The notes below the pieces were generated by a model, which saw only the letters and a list, made by a program, of their open reading frames with translations, did not search any database and was not told the origin of the DNA. A program made the position numbers and the translations under genes. Below are positions 1 to 10,895 of a DNA stretch of 64,000 nt, piece after piece; position 1 is the stretch's first letter, and each line of letters starts with the position of its first letter. This stretch comes from Candidatus Magasanikiibacteriota bacterium (GTDB taxonomy: Bacteria > Patescibacteriota > Patescibacteriia > Magasanikbacterales > 2-02-FULL-50-9b), in assembly GCA_903893485.1 (NCBI GenBank), contig CAITMK010000011.1:6636-70635 (forward strand), in the 5' to 3' direction.

Positions 1-23
1 AATGGCTCATTGGTTTGAATAAT

Positions 24-848
24 ATGTACGACATTTCCGTTGTTATCCTGAATTACAAAATGCGCGCACTCGTTGAGAGTTGTTTGGCGTCGCTCTACAA
101 AGATATTGCCACCTCGGGCCTGCGTGTTGCCGTGGTTGTTGTTGATAATAACTCAGAAGATGGTTTGCTCGAATGGATCGCCGAGAAATTTCCAACCGCA
201 ACGACTATTCAAACTGGCTCAAATCCAGGTTTTGGTACGAGCGTGAATAAAGGACTTACGGCAATTAAAGCGCGCTATTATTTTATTTTAAATCCCGATA
301 CATTGTTCACCGAAGAAAATACGCTTCGCCGCTTATACGATTACATGGAATCACATCCTTGTATTGGCATGTGTGCACCGCAACTTTTGAATGGCGATGG
401 CACCGTGCAATATTCAGTCAATCGATTTCCTGATGTCGCCGTACAGCTCATTCGTCGTTCGCCACTTTCTCGCCGTCCAAAATTTGCTAAAAAAATTGAT
501 AACTTTTTAATGAAGGACATGGATCGATCAATCGATCAACCGGTTGATTGGGCGCAGGGCAGTGCACAGTTTGTGCGCGCCGAAGCATACGACGAAGTTG
601 GTGGATTCGACGAACGTTTTTGGATGTACTTTGAAGACACTGATCTGTGTCGCCGTTTTTGGAAAGCTGGCTGGCCGGTTTATTTTGTGCCATCAATTTC
701 ATTGGTACATTATCACGGCCGTGGCAGCGCTAAATTGCCAGGCATTATTAAACCGCTTCTCAAAAATAAATTAGCGCGCCAGCATTTACTGAGCTGGGCA
801 AACTATTTTTGGAAATGGCGCGCCGATATTTTTTCTTCACCTCTATGA
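24..848 (+). CDS. GT2 family glycosyltransferase
   Basis: SVVILNY, VVDNNSED, LNPD and GGFDERFWMYFEDTDLC motifs; ATG at 24 preferred over TTG at 15. Confidence 0.9.
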   Translation: MYDISVVILNYKMRALVESCLASLYKDIATSGLRVAVVVVDNNSEDGLLEWIAEKFPTATTIQTGSNPGFGTSVNKGLTAIKARYYFILNPDTLFTEENTLRRLYDYMESHPCIGMCAPQLLNGDGTVQYSVNRFPDVAVQLIRRSPLSRRPKFAKKIDNFLMKDMDRSIDQPVDWAQGSAQFVRAEAYDEVGGFDERFWMYFEDTDLCRRFWKAGWPVYFVPSISLVHYHGRGSAKLPGIIKPLLKNKLARQHLLSWANYFWKWRADIFSSPL

Positions 849-1933
849 AACGCATTGCCATAATTTATCTTTCATTTCACTGCGAGCCATACATTGATGA
901 CGTGGTAAAAGCGCTCGAAACTGTGCAGTATCCAAAAGAAGCGCTCGAATTTATTATTGTGGATAATCCACATCCCGTGCACGGCCTCAGCATGGCGCAT
1001 TTAACCGAGCATGTTTTACCGAAATCGGAAAAGTCGCTTCCAAAAGTTACGCTGCTTCCACAAGAATCTAATTTAGGTTTTGCTGGCGGCAACAACAAAG
1101 GTGTTGAATACGCCGAACAACACGGTTTCGATTATGTTTTTTTCCTGAACAACGATGCATATCCATCAGAACATACATTTACTGAATTAGTAAAAGCCTT
1201 TGAAACGGATTCAAAAATTGCAATCGCGCAGTCGCTCATTATGTTGCATCCACGCCGCGAACTTATCAACACGAGTGGCAACATGATTCAGTTTGTTGGT
1301 CTTGGGTATTGCCGCGATTACCAGGTACCACTCAGCGAACGCAAATTTCAGCCCATCGAAGACATTCCGTATGCGTCTGGCGCGGCATTTATGATTCCAA
1401 CTAAACTTTGTAAACAGTTTGGCGCATGGGACAATGATTTTTTCTTGTATCACGAAGACATGGAATGGTCGCTGCGTTTAAAATCCATGGGGTATCGCGT
1501 GGTCATGGTGCGCGATTCAGTGGTGTATCACGCTTACGAATTCGCCCGCAGCATCACCAAATTTTATTGGATGGAACGCAATCGTTTTGGCGTGCTGCTC
1601 ATGTTTCTTAAAATTCCAACGCTTATTATTATTGCGCCTGCCGTACTTGCGTACGAAATCGGCACCTACGCATTTGCGTGGAAAGGGAAATGGCAAACCG
1701 AAAAACATAAATTGTATGCGTATTGGATCAAGCCATCAACGTGGAAAATGTGGCTCGCAAAACGTGCGCGCATCCAAAAAAATCGTTCAGTTTCAGACCG
1801 CGTTTTGACCGCGGATTGGGTTGGCTACGTCGCCTTTCAAGAAGAGCGCGTCAGTAATCCAATTCTCACCTACATTGCAAATCCAATCATGACCATATAC
1901 TGGGGGGTTGCACATTTCATCATTTTCTGGTAA
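845..1933 (+). CDS. GT2 family glycosyltransferase
   Basis: IIVDN, NLGFAGGNN, FLNND and FFLYHEDMEWS motifs; ATGA overlap with upstream stop. Confidence 0.9.
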   Translation: MKRIAIIYLSFHCEPYIDDVVKALETVQYPKEALEFIIVDNPHPVHGLSMAHLTEHVLPKSEKSLPKVTLLPQESNLGFAGGNNKGVEYAEQHGFDYVFFLNNDAYPSEHTFTELVKAFETDSKIAIAQSLIMLHPRRELINTSGNMIQFVGLGYCRDYQVPLSERKFQPIEDIPYASGAAFMIPTKLCKQFGAWDNDFFLYHEDMEWSLRLKSMGYRVVMVRDSVVYHAYEFARSITKFYWMERNRFGVLLMFLKIPTLIIIAPAVLAYEIGTYAFAWKGKWQTEKHKLYAYWIKPSTWKMWLAKRARIQKNRSVSDRVLTADWVGYVAFQEERVSNPILTYIANPIMTIYWGVAHFIIFW

Positions 1934-1945
1934 GGTTTTGGCATT

Positions 1946-3022
1946 ATGAAAGCCCTTATTGCTGCAGGTGGTCACGCAACGCGTTTGCGCCCCATCACGT
2001 ACACTACCAATAAACATCTCATTCCGCTTGCAAACAAGCCAATGATTTTTAACGCAATCGAAAAGATTGTGGAAGTTGGCGTACGCGAAATCTACATTAA
2101 TATCAATCCGGGCGAACAAGAAATTCAGCGCTATGTTGGCGATGGCGCACGTTGGGGTGTTCACATCACTTACGTCGAACAAACTGGTGGCCCAAAGGGT
2201 TTGGCGCACATCATCAAAAATGCCGAAGGTTTTTTGCGCGGTGAACCATTTCTTTTTTACCTCGGCGACAACATTATTTTGGGCAGCCTGCGCCGCTTCG
2301 TTGAACAATTTCAAACTGAACAATTGGATTGTATGTTGGCATTTGCACACGTGTCAGATCCGCAGCGTTTTGGCGTGCCAGTTATCGAAAATGGTAAATT
2401 AGTTCGTATCGAAGAAAAACCATCGAATCCGCAAACGGATTTGGCGCAGGCAGGTATTTATATTTACAGTGATTCAATTTTTACCGCGGTAAATGCAATC
2501 GAACCAAGTGCGCGTGGCGAATTCGAAATTTCCGATGCAAATACGTATTTAATTGCAAAAGGTTACAAAGTAGGCTGGCAAGAAATTACTGGTTGGTGGA
2601 AAGACACGGGCAAACCAGAAGATTTACTTGAAGGCAACCAGCTCATCATGGATGAATTGCATTTTGCAGATGGTACCAAAGACGCCATGATCGGTCCGAA
2701 GGTGCGTATCCAAGGCCGCGTAAAAATCGGCAAAGGCACGGTGGTGTGGGACAACGTACTTATTCGTGGGCCTGTGGTCATCGGGGAAAATTCATCGATC
2801 CGCGAAAGCTATATTGGCCCGTACACCGCAATTGGTAATCATTGCACCGTGGAAAATACTGAAATTGAACATTCGATTATCATGGACAATGCACAGCTTA
2901 ATGCAGGCACACGTATTGTAGATTCAATCGTTGGTAAAAATGCACGCATTACGTCTACCAAAGAAACATTGCCACTCGGTCACAAATTAGTGGTAGGTGA
3001 CAACTCTCAAGTAGAAGTGTAA
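1946..3022 (+). CDS. rfbA: Glucose-1-phosphate thymidylyltransferase, long form with beta-helix C-terminus
   Basis: GGHATRLRPIT, KHLIPLANKP, EEKP, PSARGEFEI and WWKDTG motifs plus hexapeptide repeats. Confidence 0.85.
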   Translation: MKALIAAGGHATRLRPITYTTNKHLIPLANKPMIFNAIEKIVEVGVREIYININPGEQEIQRYVGDGARWGVHITYVEQTGGPKGLAHIIKNAEGFLRGEPFLFYLGDNIILGSLRRFVEQFQTEQLDCMLAFAHVSDPQRFGVPVIENGKLVRIEEKPSNPQTDLAQAGIYIYSDSIFTAVNAIEPSARGEFEISDANTYLIAKGYKVGWQEITGWWKDTGKPEDLLEGNQLIMDELHFADGTKDAMIGPKVRIQGRVKIGKGTVVWDNVLIRGPVVIGENSSIRESYIGPYTAIGNHCTVENTEIEHSIIMDNAQLNAGTRIVDSIVGKNARITSTKETLPLGHKLVVGDNSQVEV

Positions 3023-3029
3023 TTTGTAA

Positions 3030-4028
3030 TTATCGTGTCAAAATGACTTGCGTCCAGGTGCTGTATTCGGCACCTTTTTTGGTTGTATAGGTAATTACAC
3101 CGCCAGCGGTATTTAATGATGCAGATACAATTTCAGCGCCTTCAGGGGCATGTGCAATTGAGATTGGTACGTTTAATGTGTCGGCCAATTGATACGCAAT
3201 GATTTCATCGGGAAGCACCGCAAGCGCCACCGCGGTTTGTGGCACCGGTAAAACAGTAATAATTGGTTTGCTGAGACGCGACAATAGTGTGGCAGCCCCA
3301 GAATTTGGATTTACTTCCCAAAGCTCGAACGGTGTAAACACTAAATGAACTGAGATTGCGTTAATATTATTCCACGAGTGATCTAATAAATGAGTTCCAG
3401 GCACTGAAAACGCGATTGAATCTGGTGAGCTCCACAAACGAAATTGTGTTTGGCTAGCGTCGAGGCGAGTAATTGCAAAATAGCGACCGTCACCGCCGGC
3501 AATGCGCCAACTGCCAATGCCCAAATCACGAGTGAGCGGATTTGTTCCGTTGGTAATTATGGTGCCACCAGCTGGCGTGCTACTGACGGACAAAAGTGAT
3601 CCATTAACCACGGTGCTGGTTGGTGCAATTAGTTCTGCCGGCGCTGTAAAGGAGGTGCTTGATGAAACTAAAACCGCATCATGTTTTTCGAGTAAATACA
3701 CATCGCTTACAAAGGTAGTGCGCATTGGCTGCACGGTTATTGGCTGCGAATAAGGAAAAAAACCAGGCGCCATAATAGCAACGGTGTGGTTTCCAGGGAA
3801 AACAGCGCGCACGCGGCTTGGAGCTGAGGTATCAACGAGCGAGCCATCGAGCAAAACATTGCTCCGTGTAGGCACAAAAGTTATGAGTAAATTGCCGGTT
3901 CGTAAGATTTTAAAACCCGGAATTTGCACGCGATAGCCATTTCCAAATAATAACAAAAGAGCCGCAGTTATTACGTAGAGTACTAACATGGTCCAGAAAA
4001 ATGCGCGCCGAGCTGTTCGTGAAATCAC
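3030..4028 (-). CDS. Membrane-anchored PEGA-like domain protein
   Basis: N-terminal TM, then TGNLLITFVP..VLLDG..PGNHTVAI..PGF; start uncertain (GTG 4028 or up to 4070). Confidence 0.65.
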   Translation of the reverse strand: MISRTARRAFFWTMLVLYVITAALLLLFGNGYRVQIPGFKILRTGNLLITFVPTRSNVLLDGSLVDTSAPSRVRAVFPGNHTVAIMAPGFFPYSQPITVQPMRTTFVSDVYLLEKHDAVLVSSSTSFTAPAELIAPTSTVVNGSLLSVSSTPAGGTIITNGTNPLTRDLGIGSWRIAGGDGRYFAITRLDASQTQFRLWSSPDSIAFSVPGTHLLDHSWNNINAISVHLVFTPFELWEVNPNSGAATLLSRLSKPIITVLPVPQTAVALAVLPDEIIAYQLADTLNVPISIAHAPEGAEIVSASLNTAGGVITYTTKKGAEYSTWTQVILTR

Positions 4029-4083
4029 AGAGTTGAAAAAAAGATACCAATAGTGTACTCTAGTACACATAGAATAAACAAGT

Positions 4084-5343
4084 ATGGCACAATTCCGTAT
4101 TCAAGGACAACAGCCGCTTCAGGGTGAAATCGCCGTAACTGGCGCTAAAAATGCAGCGTTAAAGTTCATTGCCGCCTCACTCATGTGTGACGCGCCGGTA
4201 ACGTTAACCAACGTGCCAAACATCGAGGATGTTCGGCGTATGTTGCATTTGGTGCAGTCATTGGGCGCTGGTGTGCAGCACAATGTTGAAGCGCACACCG
4301 TGGTAATTGACCCAACCACCGTAAACACCCAAACAATTTCTGCGGAACTCGCGAAAACCATTCGCCCATCAATCATGTTTGTGGGGCCACTTATTGCTCG
4401 CTACGGAACCGCGCGAATCGGCTATCCAGGCGGATGCGTTATTGGTCGCCGCCCAATCGATTTGTACCTTAAGGGCTACGAACGTTTTGGTGCACAAATT
4501 ACATCATCAGACGAAAGTTTTGTTTTTACCGCACCAACACCACGCGCCATGGAATTCATGTTTCCACTTATTAGCGTGGTTGCAACCGAAACATTCATGA
4601 TCACGGCAACGCGCATTCCAGGAACAACGGTGTTAAAAAATTGTGCCATGGAACCAGAAGTTGTTGCGCTCGCAGAATTTTTAAATAGTTGTGGCGCACG
4701 CATTACGGGTGCTGGCACACCAACCATTTCCATCGAAGGCGTAACCGCGCTCAGCGGCGGCACCGTGGCCATGATTCCAGATCGTCTCGAAGCTGGTACC
4801 TTTGTTATTTTGGGTGCACTTACGCGTTCCAATATTCGCGTGACCAAATGTATTCCAGAACATCTCGAAAATATTTTGGATCATTTGCGCGAAATGGGCG
4901 TGCCATTTACCGTTGGCCCTGATTGGATTGAAACGCAGCCATATTCGCATACACTTAAGGCAATCAACATTAAGACCCATGAATATCCGGGTTTTGTGAC
5001 AGATTTACAAGCACCATTTACTGTTTTGTTAACGCAGGCTGCCGGCACCTCATTGGTTCACGAAACAATTTTTGAAGGCCGCATGTTCTACACTGACTTA
5101 CTTAATCGTATGGGCGCAAATATTATTTTGTGTGACCCACATCGCGCCATCGTTGAAGGTCCAACCGCACTGTCTGGCCGCAAACTCGACAGTCCAGATA
5201 TTCGCGCGGGCATTGCCATGGTTTTGGCAGGGCTTGCAGCGCGCGGCGAAACCATTATTGGTAACATCGAACAAGTTGATCGCGGCTACGAATCAATTGA
5301 TGCTAGACTTCGCTCCCTTGGAGCTGCTATCATAAGAGAATAA
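4084..5343 (+). CDS. murA: UDP-N-acetylglucosamine 1-carboxyvinyltransferase
   Basis: GAKNAAL, PGGCVIGRRPIDL, PGFVTDLQ, DIRAG and DRGYE motifs. Confidence 0.97.
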   Translation: MAQFRIQGQQPLQGEIAVTGAKNAALKFIAASLMCDAPVTLTNVPNIEDVRRMLHLVQSLGAGVQHNVEAHTVVIDPTTVNTQTISAELAKTIRPSIMFVGPLIARYGTARIGYPGGCVIGRRPIDLYLKGYERFGAQITSSDESFVFTAPTPRAMEFMFPLISVVATETFMITATRIPGTTVLKNCAMEPEVVALAEFLNSCGARITGAGTPTISIEGVTALSGGTVAMIPDRLEAGTFVILGALTRSNIRVTKCIPEHLENILDHLREMGVPFTVGPDWIETQPYSHTLKAINIKTHEYPGFVTDLQAPFTVLLTQAAGTSLVHETIFEGRMFYTDLLNRMGANIILCDPHRAIVEGPTALSGRKLDSPDIRAGIAMVLAGLAARGETIIGNIEQVDRGYESIDARLRSLGAAIIRE

Positions 5344-5346
5344 ACT

Positions 5347-6660
5347 ATGAACTCGTCCTTTGAACAATCACGCGTCCAGTTGCATCGCTACGTTTTTGCG
5401 TTTTTATTGGTGGTTGCTTTTGGTGCCGGTGTTTTATTGGGTAACCATGCGCCACGCACTGCAAGCGCACAGGATGTGCAGACCGATACGGCAACGAGTA
5501 CCGGCGTTGTTGAAAATAAAAATACGATTGGCCGCACCTTGCCAAGTAAAGTTGATTTTCAACAATTTTGGGATGTCTGGCAAAAGATTCAAAATAAATC
5601 CGTTAAGCGCCCGGTTGATGACGTACAATTATATTACGGCGCCGTCGGTGGACTTGTCGCATCACTTGGCGATCCATACTCAGTGTATTTTCCACCAGAT
5701 ATTGCTAAGGAGTTTCAAGATCAGCTAGCTGGTTCTTTTTCGGGCATTGGTGCAGAAGTTGGCGCTAAAGATGGAAACGTCGTGGTGGTCTCACCACTTC
5801 CAGACACCCCAGCTGAGCGCGCAGGATTAAAGACTGGCGATATTGTTGCTGCCATCGATGGTACTTCAACTTTGAATACGGCCGTTGATGAAGCTGTAAA
5901 AATGATTCGCGGGCAAAAGGGAACCAAAGTTACGCTCACAATTATCCGTGCCGGCTCAAAGGATCCGTTAACGTTCACCATGGTACGCGACACTATTGAA
6001 GTTAAAAGTGTAAAAACTGAACAACTCGATAATAGCGTCATGGACATTACTATTTCAAGTTTTGATGAACAGACGCAAAAATTATTTGCAAACGCGGTTT
6101 TAGAAGCTAAAATGGCACATGCAAAGGGTATCGTGTTGGATTTGCGTAATGATCCAGGTGGATTTTTCGACAGCGCAATTATGGTTGCTAGTGAATTTTT
6201 AGCAGACAATCAAGTGGTTGTTGCAGAACGCGATTCCACGCAAGTTGGCACCAAAAATCGCAAAGAATTTGTCACCGAAGGCACGCACGGATTACTTGGC
6301 ATTCCAACCGCGGTTTTGATCAATGGTGGATCAGCGAGTGCCTCTGAAATTGTCGCGGGTGCGCTTCAAGACCACAAAGTTGCAACATTAATTGGTGAAA
6401 AATCTTTTGGTAAAGGTTCGGTGCAAGAATATGAACAGCTCGCAGATGGTTCGGCGCTTAAATTAACCGTTGCGTTATGGTTTACACCAGACGATCATAC
6501 GATCAACCAAACCGGTATTCAGCCAGACGTGGTTATTGTGCCACCAAAAGTAGATCCTAAAAAAGTTGCGTTGCCCGTGGATCCGCTTAAGGCAAAAGAT
6601 TGGAGAACCGATCCATTTATCATGAAAGCCATGGAGATACTGAAGACAAAAATTAAATAG
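5347..6660 (+). CDS. ctpA: S41 carboxyl-terminal protease with PDZ domain
   Basis: DPYSVY, FSGIGA, LDLRNDPGG, SASASEI and GEKSFGKGSVQ motifs. Confidence 0.93.
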   Translation: MNSSFEQSRVQLHRYVFAFLLVVAFGAGVLLGNHAPRTASAQDVQTDTATSTGVVENKNTIGRTLPSKVDFQQFWDVWQKIQNKSVKRPVDDVQLYYGAVGGLVASLGDPYSVYFPPDIAKEFQDQLAGSFSGIGAEVGAKDGNVVVVSPLPDTPAERAGLKTGDIVAAIDGTSTLNTAVDEAVKMIRGQKGTKVTLTIIRAGSKDPLTFTMVRDTIEVKSVKTEQLDNSVMDITISSFDEQTQKLFANAVLEAKMAHAKGIVLDLRNDPGGFFDSAIMVASEFLADNQVVVAERDSTQVGTKNRKEFVTEGTHGLLGIPTAVLINGGSASASEIVAGALQDHKVATLIGEKSFGKGSVQEYEQLADGSALKLTVALWFTPDDHTINQTGIQPDVVIVPPKVDPKKVALPVDPLKAKDWRTDPFIMKAMEILKTKIK

Positions 6661-6681
6661 CAGCTCGAACGCTGAAGAAAT

Positions 6682-6712
6682 AAAAAGGCCACATCTTGGA
6701 TGTGGCCTTTTT
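6682..6712. terminator. Bidirectional intrinsic terminator between convergent ctpA and era
   Basis: aaaaaggccacatc-ttg-gatgtggccttttt. Confidence 0.85.
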
Positions 6713-6727
6713 GAACAAAAGATTTTC

Positions 6728-7588
6728 TTACAGCATTTCCATCCAACGTGGATTTGTCTCAACTTCGATTTCCAAAAACACACGTGTATCCAAAATACCC
6801 TCGAGCTCTTTGCGTGCCACGGAGCCGATTTCTTTAATGATGCGGCCGCCGGTACCAATTAACATTTTTTTGTAGCGATCGGCGGAAACCAAAATACGAG
6901 CTTTAATCACAAACATATGTGGATTTTTTGGGCCCGGCTGCTTTTCTTCGATATTATCCACAATCACATGCATTGAGTAGGGAACTTCGGCGCGGGTTTC
7001 ATGTAACGCTTTTTCGCGAATAATTTCCGCAAGCCACTGTGCGCGGGTTTGGTTCGTATTCTGCAAACCGTCATAGGTTGGTTCACCTTCAGGCAGTGCA
7101 TCGAAAGTTGCATTAATCAAAGGTTTGATATGTGAGCCATCTGCGGCTGAAATTTCAAATGTTTGGGTGAAGTCCGGTGATAACGCGCGGTAATCTTCCA
7201 AATAAGGTTTTTTATCTAAATCAATTTTGTTGATAACTAAAAACTTTGGGATAGATGCGCCGCGGATGAGTGACAATGTGTAACGTTCTTCAGCACCAAG
7301 CCCACGGGTAGGATCAACAACGTACAAAATTACGTCGATGCCATGGAGCGCTTCTTTAACCTTTTCAATCATGCGGCCCGTAAGCTCTGCGTGGGAGCCC
7401 TGCAAGACACCTGGGGTGTCCATAAATACAACTTGCCCGCGTTCATCGGTAAGTGCACCGTGAATCACGCTACGGGTTGTTTGGGCCTTATTCGTAACAA
7501 TAGCTAACTTGCTCCCCACAAGCGTGTTGAGGAGAGTTGATTTGCCCACGTTGGAGCGGCCAATGATAATTGCAAAACCTGATTTCAT
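6728..7588 (-). CDS. era: GTPase Era
   Basis: GRSNVGKSTL, QTTR, DTPG and NKID motifs; KH domain EVPYS..IGTGG; start MKSGF. Confidence 0.96.
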   Translation of the reverse strand: MKSGFAIIIGRSNVGKSTLLNTLVGSKLAIVTNKAQTTRSVIHGALTDERGQVVFMDTPGVLQGSHAELTGRMIEKVKEALHGIDVILYVVDPTRGLGAEERYTLSLIRGASIPKFLVINKIDLDKKPYLEDYRALSPDFTQTFEISAADGSHIKPLINATFDALPEGEPTYDGLQNTNQTRAQWLAEIIREKALHETRAEVPYSMHVIVDNIEEKQPGPKNPHMFVIKARILVSADRYKKMLIGTGGRIIKEIGSVARKELEGILDTRVFLEIEVETNPRWMEML

Positions 7589-7639
7589 ACGCGGAGCATA
7601 ACAGATTTTTATATTTCTGTCCAGTCTGGCTCTGAATAC

Positions 7640-7662
7640 AAAAAACCGGCCCGAAGGCCGGC
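7640..7662 (-). terminator. Terminator after rpmA
   Basis: ccggcc-cgaa-ggccgg hairpin preceded by an A-tract on + (U-tract on -). Confidence 0.65.
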
Positions 7663-7676
7663 TCTCGAACGCAGAT

Positions 7677-7961
7677 TTATACCGCCTTTGGAGTAACGTT
7701 TGCAAAGGTGCGGAGCTTAAGTGATCCGTCGAATGCAGTTACTTTGCGGCGGGTAAAGGTAACAATACCTGAAAGCGCTGCATACAAGGTGTCATCTTTG
7801 CCACGGCGAACGTTTTTGCCTGGGTGGATTTTAGTACCACGTTGGCGGAAAATGATCTGACCGGTGCGAGCTGGTTGACCGTCGTGAAGTTTAGCTCCAA
7901 GACGTTTTGATTGGGAATCGCGGCCTAGTTGGGTGGAACCGGCCGATTTTTTGGTTGCCAT
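7677..7961 (-). CDS. rpmA: 50S ribosomal protein L27
   Basis: [43 protein letters not shown]. Confidence 0.97.
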   Translation of the reverse strand: MATKKSAGSTQLGRDSQSKRLGAKLHDGQPARTGQIIFRQRGTKIHPGKNVRRGKDDTLYAALSGIVTFTRRKVTAFDGSLKLRTFANVTPKAV

Positions 7962-8015
7962 AGCAAGAAAATTGCAAAATTTAAGTGAGGGGAGTATACT
8001 CCATTTCACGAATAT

Positions 8016-8303
8016 ATGTCAAGAACTCAATCAGAAATTGAAGAAGCGATCAAAAAAGTACTCGAAGAAAAGGTGGCTCCAATGCTCGCCATGCACCAAG
8101 GCGGCTCTGAATTAGTATCCTATGATATGGAGTCAGGTGTCGCAACTGTGCGATTTTTAGGCACTTGTATCGGTTGTCCCATGTCGACCCTTACCCTCAA
8201 AGGCGGCGTTGAAGCCGAGATCCTCGAGAACGTCCCAGAGGTCCAAGAAGTACATGCCGAAGGTGTTGATGAAGACGCCTTCGAATTCATCGGCGAAGAA
8301 TAA
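8016..8303 (+). CDS. NifU/NfuA-type Fe-S carrier domain protein
   Basis: [29 protein letters not shown]. Confidence 0.9.
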   Translation: MSRTQSEIEEAIKKVLEEKVAPMLAMHQGGSELVSYDMESGVATVRFLGTCIGCPMSTLTLKGGVEAEILENVPEVQEVHAEGVDEDAFEFIGEE

Positions 8304-8315
8304 TCCACAACCCCC

Positions 8316-8684
8316 ATGTCCATTCAATGGTACCCGCTGCAACTGTTTGTTCGGCGCCTTGAGCTGGTAATCCCGCTCGCGGTTTCGTTTTTAATTAGCG
8401 TGGGGCTATGCGTGTGGGTAATTGTTTTGGCTCGCCACATCAAGGAACCGGTTTTTTTGCATTACAGTATTGAGCTTGGTGTGGATGCTTCAGGCACGTG
8501 GCATCAAATGCTTATTTTACCAATCGGACTCGTTCTGGTTAGTCTTGGCTTTGCGGCATTGGCAAATGGGCTCGTTTTACAAGCTCGCAAATTTGCGGTG
8601 CTGGTAGCTTACGCATCGCCACTTATTATTTTACTCGGCGCCTGGTGCGTCTTTTTACTTTTACGCGTTAACGGCGCAGTGTAA
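8316..8684 (+). CDS. Small membrane protein (DUF1648-like)
   Basis: Three TM segments with LHYSIELGVD..G motif. Confidence 0.65.
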   Translation: MSIQWYPLQLFVRRLELVIPLAVSFLISVGLCVWVIVLARHIKEPVFLHYSIELGVDASGTWHQMLILPIGLVLVSLGFAALANGLVLQARKFAVLVAYASPLIILLGAWCVFLLLRVNGAV

Positions 8685-8686
8685 CT

Positions 8687-9760
8687 ATGAATCCACGAAC
8701 CGCTCTTATTTATATTAGTATTTTGGCTCTGGCAGGTTTCGTGGTTGCGGCAATTGCAGCGCCGGCCGTCGCACGTCTTCTCATTCGTTTTAAATGTTGG
8801 AAAAAGTCCGTGCGATCTGTTGCACCAGACGGATCCGCAACACCACTTTTTGCAGCGCTTCATAAGGATAAAGAAACCAAGACTCCACGCGGCGCTGGTA
8901 TTTTAATGTGGGGATCTGTTTTTGTGGTGGCGATTTTAGCGCGCCTTGTGGCACAATCGTTTCCGCACACGCCGCTCGTACATTTAGATTTTATCAATCG
9001 TTCACAAACCTGGATTCCACTTGCGATCCTCGGGTTTATGTCCGTACTTGGGCTTTTGGATGATATTTTAGTTGTTGGTGGTTTTGGCATTATCGAAAAG
9101 GGCGGGGGAATTAAATTTCGTCATCGCATGCTTGCTGTTTTAGTTGCGGCTGGTGTTGCAGCATATTGGTTTCATTATAAATTAGGTTGGGACATGATCC
9201 ATATTCCGCTCGTGGGTAATATGTTTGTGGGTTGGTGGTATATTCCACTTTTTATTTTTGTATTAGTTGGTCTCAACAGTGCGTCAGTTGTCGATGGAAT
9301 TGATGGATTGGCTGGCGGCGTTTTTGCAATTTTGTATGCAACATTCGCTGCAATTGCCTTTGCACGCGGGCAATTTTTCTTGTCAGCATTTTGCGCGGTG
9401 TATGCGGGTTCGATCACAGCATTTTTGTGGTACAACGTTTCACCCGCAATTTTTTACATGGGTGAAACCGGTATTTTGGGCCTTACCACAACACTTGGCG
9501 TTGTTGCATTTTTTACCAACACGGTTTTGCTGCTGCCGCTTGCGGGAATTATTTTGGTGTGGGAAGCACTTTCGGTTGCAATTCAATTAACTTCAAAAAA
9601 GTTTTTACATCGCAAGATTTTTTTGATCGCGCCATATCACCATCATCTCGAGGCAAAAGGTTGGCCAGCACACAAAGTTACCATGCGTTTTTGGATCGTC
9701 ACGGGCATCGCTTGTTTGGCAACGTTGGTTATTGCACTCGTAGATATTATTTGGAAATAA
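8687..9760 (+). CDS. mraY: Phospho-N-acetylmuramoyl-pentapeptide transferase
   Basis: KTPRGAG, LLDD, DGIDGL, YMGETG and APYHHHLE motifs. Confidence 0.93.
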   Translation: MNPRTALIYISILALAGFVVAAIAAPAVARLLIRFKCWKKSVRSVAPDGSATPLFAALHKDKETKTPRGAGILMWGSVFVVAILARLVAQSFPHTPLVHLDFINRSQTWIPLAILGFMSVLGLLDDILVVGGFGIIEKGGGIKFRHRMLAVLVAAGVAAYWFHYKLGWDMIHIPLVGNMFVGWWYIPLFIFVLVGLNSASVVDGIDGLAGGVFAILYATFAAIAFARGQFFLSAFCAVYAGSITAFLWYNVSPAIFYMGETGILGLTTTLGVVAFFTNTVLLLPLAGIILVWEALSVAIQLTSKKFLHRKIFLIAPYHHHLEAKGWPAHKVTMRFWIVTGIACLATLVIALVDIIWK

Positions 9761-9761
9761 T

Positions 9762-10895
9762 ATGTCACGCGAATCCGCTGCAGAAAATAATGGCGATTGG
9801 TCTATATTTTTAATTGGCGCGGGCATTTTGGCATTTGGTTTGGTGATGCTCGGGTCTGCAACGGCGCCAATTGGCGCATCACATTACGGAAGCACGTATT
9901 ATTTTTTAATTCGTCAGATTTTATTTGGGGTTTTGCCTGGATTATTGTTGTTTTATATTTTTCGCCGCGTACCAATTGTTTTTTGGGAACGATCATGGCG
10001 AACCATGCTTTGGGTTTCGGCGGTTTTATTAGCGCTGGTATTTGTGCCGCATTTGGGTGCGCGTATCAACAATTCACTTAGCTGGATTCATATTGGGTCC
10101 ATTTCCATGCAGCCGGCGGAGATTGTAAAGTTTACGTTTATTGTTTTTTTGTCGGGCTGGCTCGCAGAAAATCATAAACGTCTGGCAAAACCATTTAGCG
10201 AAGGACTTGGGCAGTATTTAGTATATTTTGGCGTTGTCGCGGGGCTCCTTATGTTGCAGCCAGATTTGGGAACCACGCTTGTTTTTTTTGGTGCAGCCGC
10301 AATCATGGCGTATGTTGCTGGCGCGCAAACAAAACAGCTCATGGCCGTGGCGGGCGCGGGGCTTGCGGTGCTTGTTGTTTTAATTGCGATTGCACCATAT
10401 CGGTTGCAGCGCATTACGGTTATTTTTCACCCTGATCAAGATCCACTTGGCAGCGGCTACCATATTAAACAAGCGCAGCTTGCCGTGGGAACTGGCGGCG
10501 TGCTTGGACTTGGCCTGGGTAATTCGCGCCAAAAATTTCAATACTTACCAGAAGTAAGTGCGGATTCGATTTTTGCAATCATTGCGGAGGAAATGGGATT
10601 TATTGTTTCAACCCTGCTACTTATTGCTTATGCGGTGGTGGTGCTAAAAAGTTATCAGCTTGCGCGTTCATCGCATTCACCGTGGGCACGCTATTTTATC
10701 ATCGGAACGGCGACCTGGTTTTCAATTCAAACTTTTTTAAATATTGGCGCGATGCTTGGTGTGGTGCCGCTCACCGGTTTGCCACTGCCGCTGGTCAGCC
10801 ATGGTGGCACATCGCTCATGGTAACGCTTGCGGCATTTGGCGTGGTATCAGCTATTGCGATTCCGCCAGAGCGCCGTATTAAATCACGCGTATGA
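9762..10895 (+). CDS. ftsW: SEDS peptidoglycan polymerase FtsW
   Basis: SMQPAEIVK, QPDLGT, LPEVSADSIF and PLTGLPLPLVSHGG motifs; between mraY and murG. Confidence 0.93.
   Translation: MSRESAAENNGDWSIFLIGAGILAFGLVMLGSATAPIGASHYGSTYYFLIRQILFGVLPGLLLFYIFRRVPIVFWERSWRTMLWVSAVLLALVFVPHLGARINNSLSWIHIGSISMQPAEIVKFTFIVFLSGWLAENHKRLAKPFSEGLGQYLVYFGVVAGLLMLQPDLGTTLVFFGAAAIMAYVAGAQTKQLMAVAGAGLAVLVVLIAIAPYRLQRITVIFHPDQDPLGSGYHIKQAQLAVGTGGVLGLGLGNSRQKFQYLPEVSADSIFAIIAEEMGFIVSTLLLIAYAVVVLKSYQLARSSHSPWARYFIIGTATWFSIQTFLNIGAMLGVVPLTGLPLPLVSHGGTSLMVTLAAFGVVSAIAIPPERRIKSRV

Noticed and set aside
6671-6734. Short fold-back copy of the era 3' end (gctgaagaaat vs gctgtaagaaaat)
   Set aside because: Resembles the typA and tsaE cases but is too short to separate from chance
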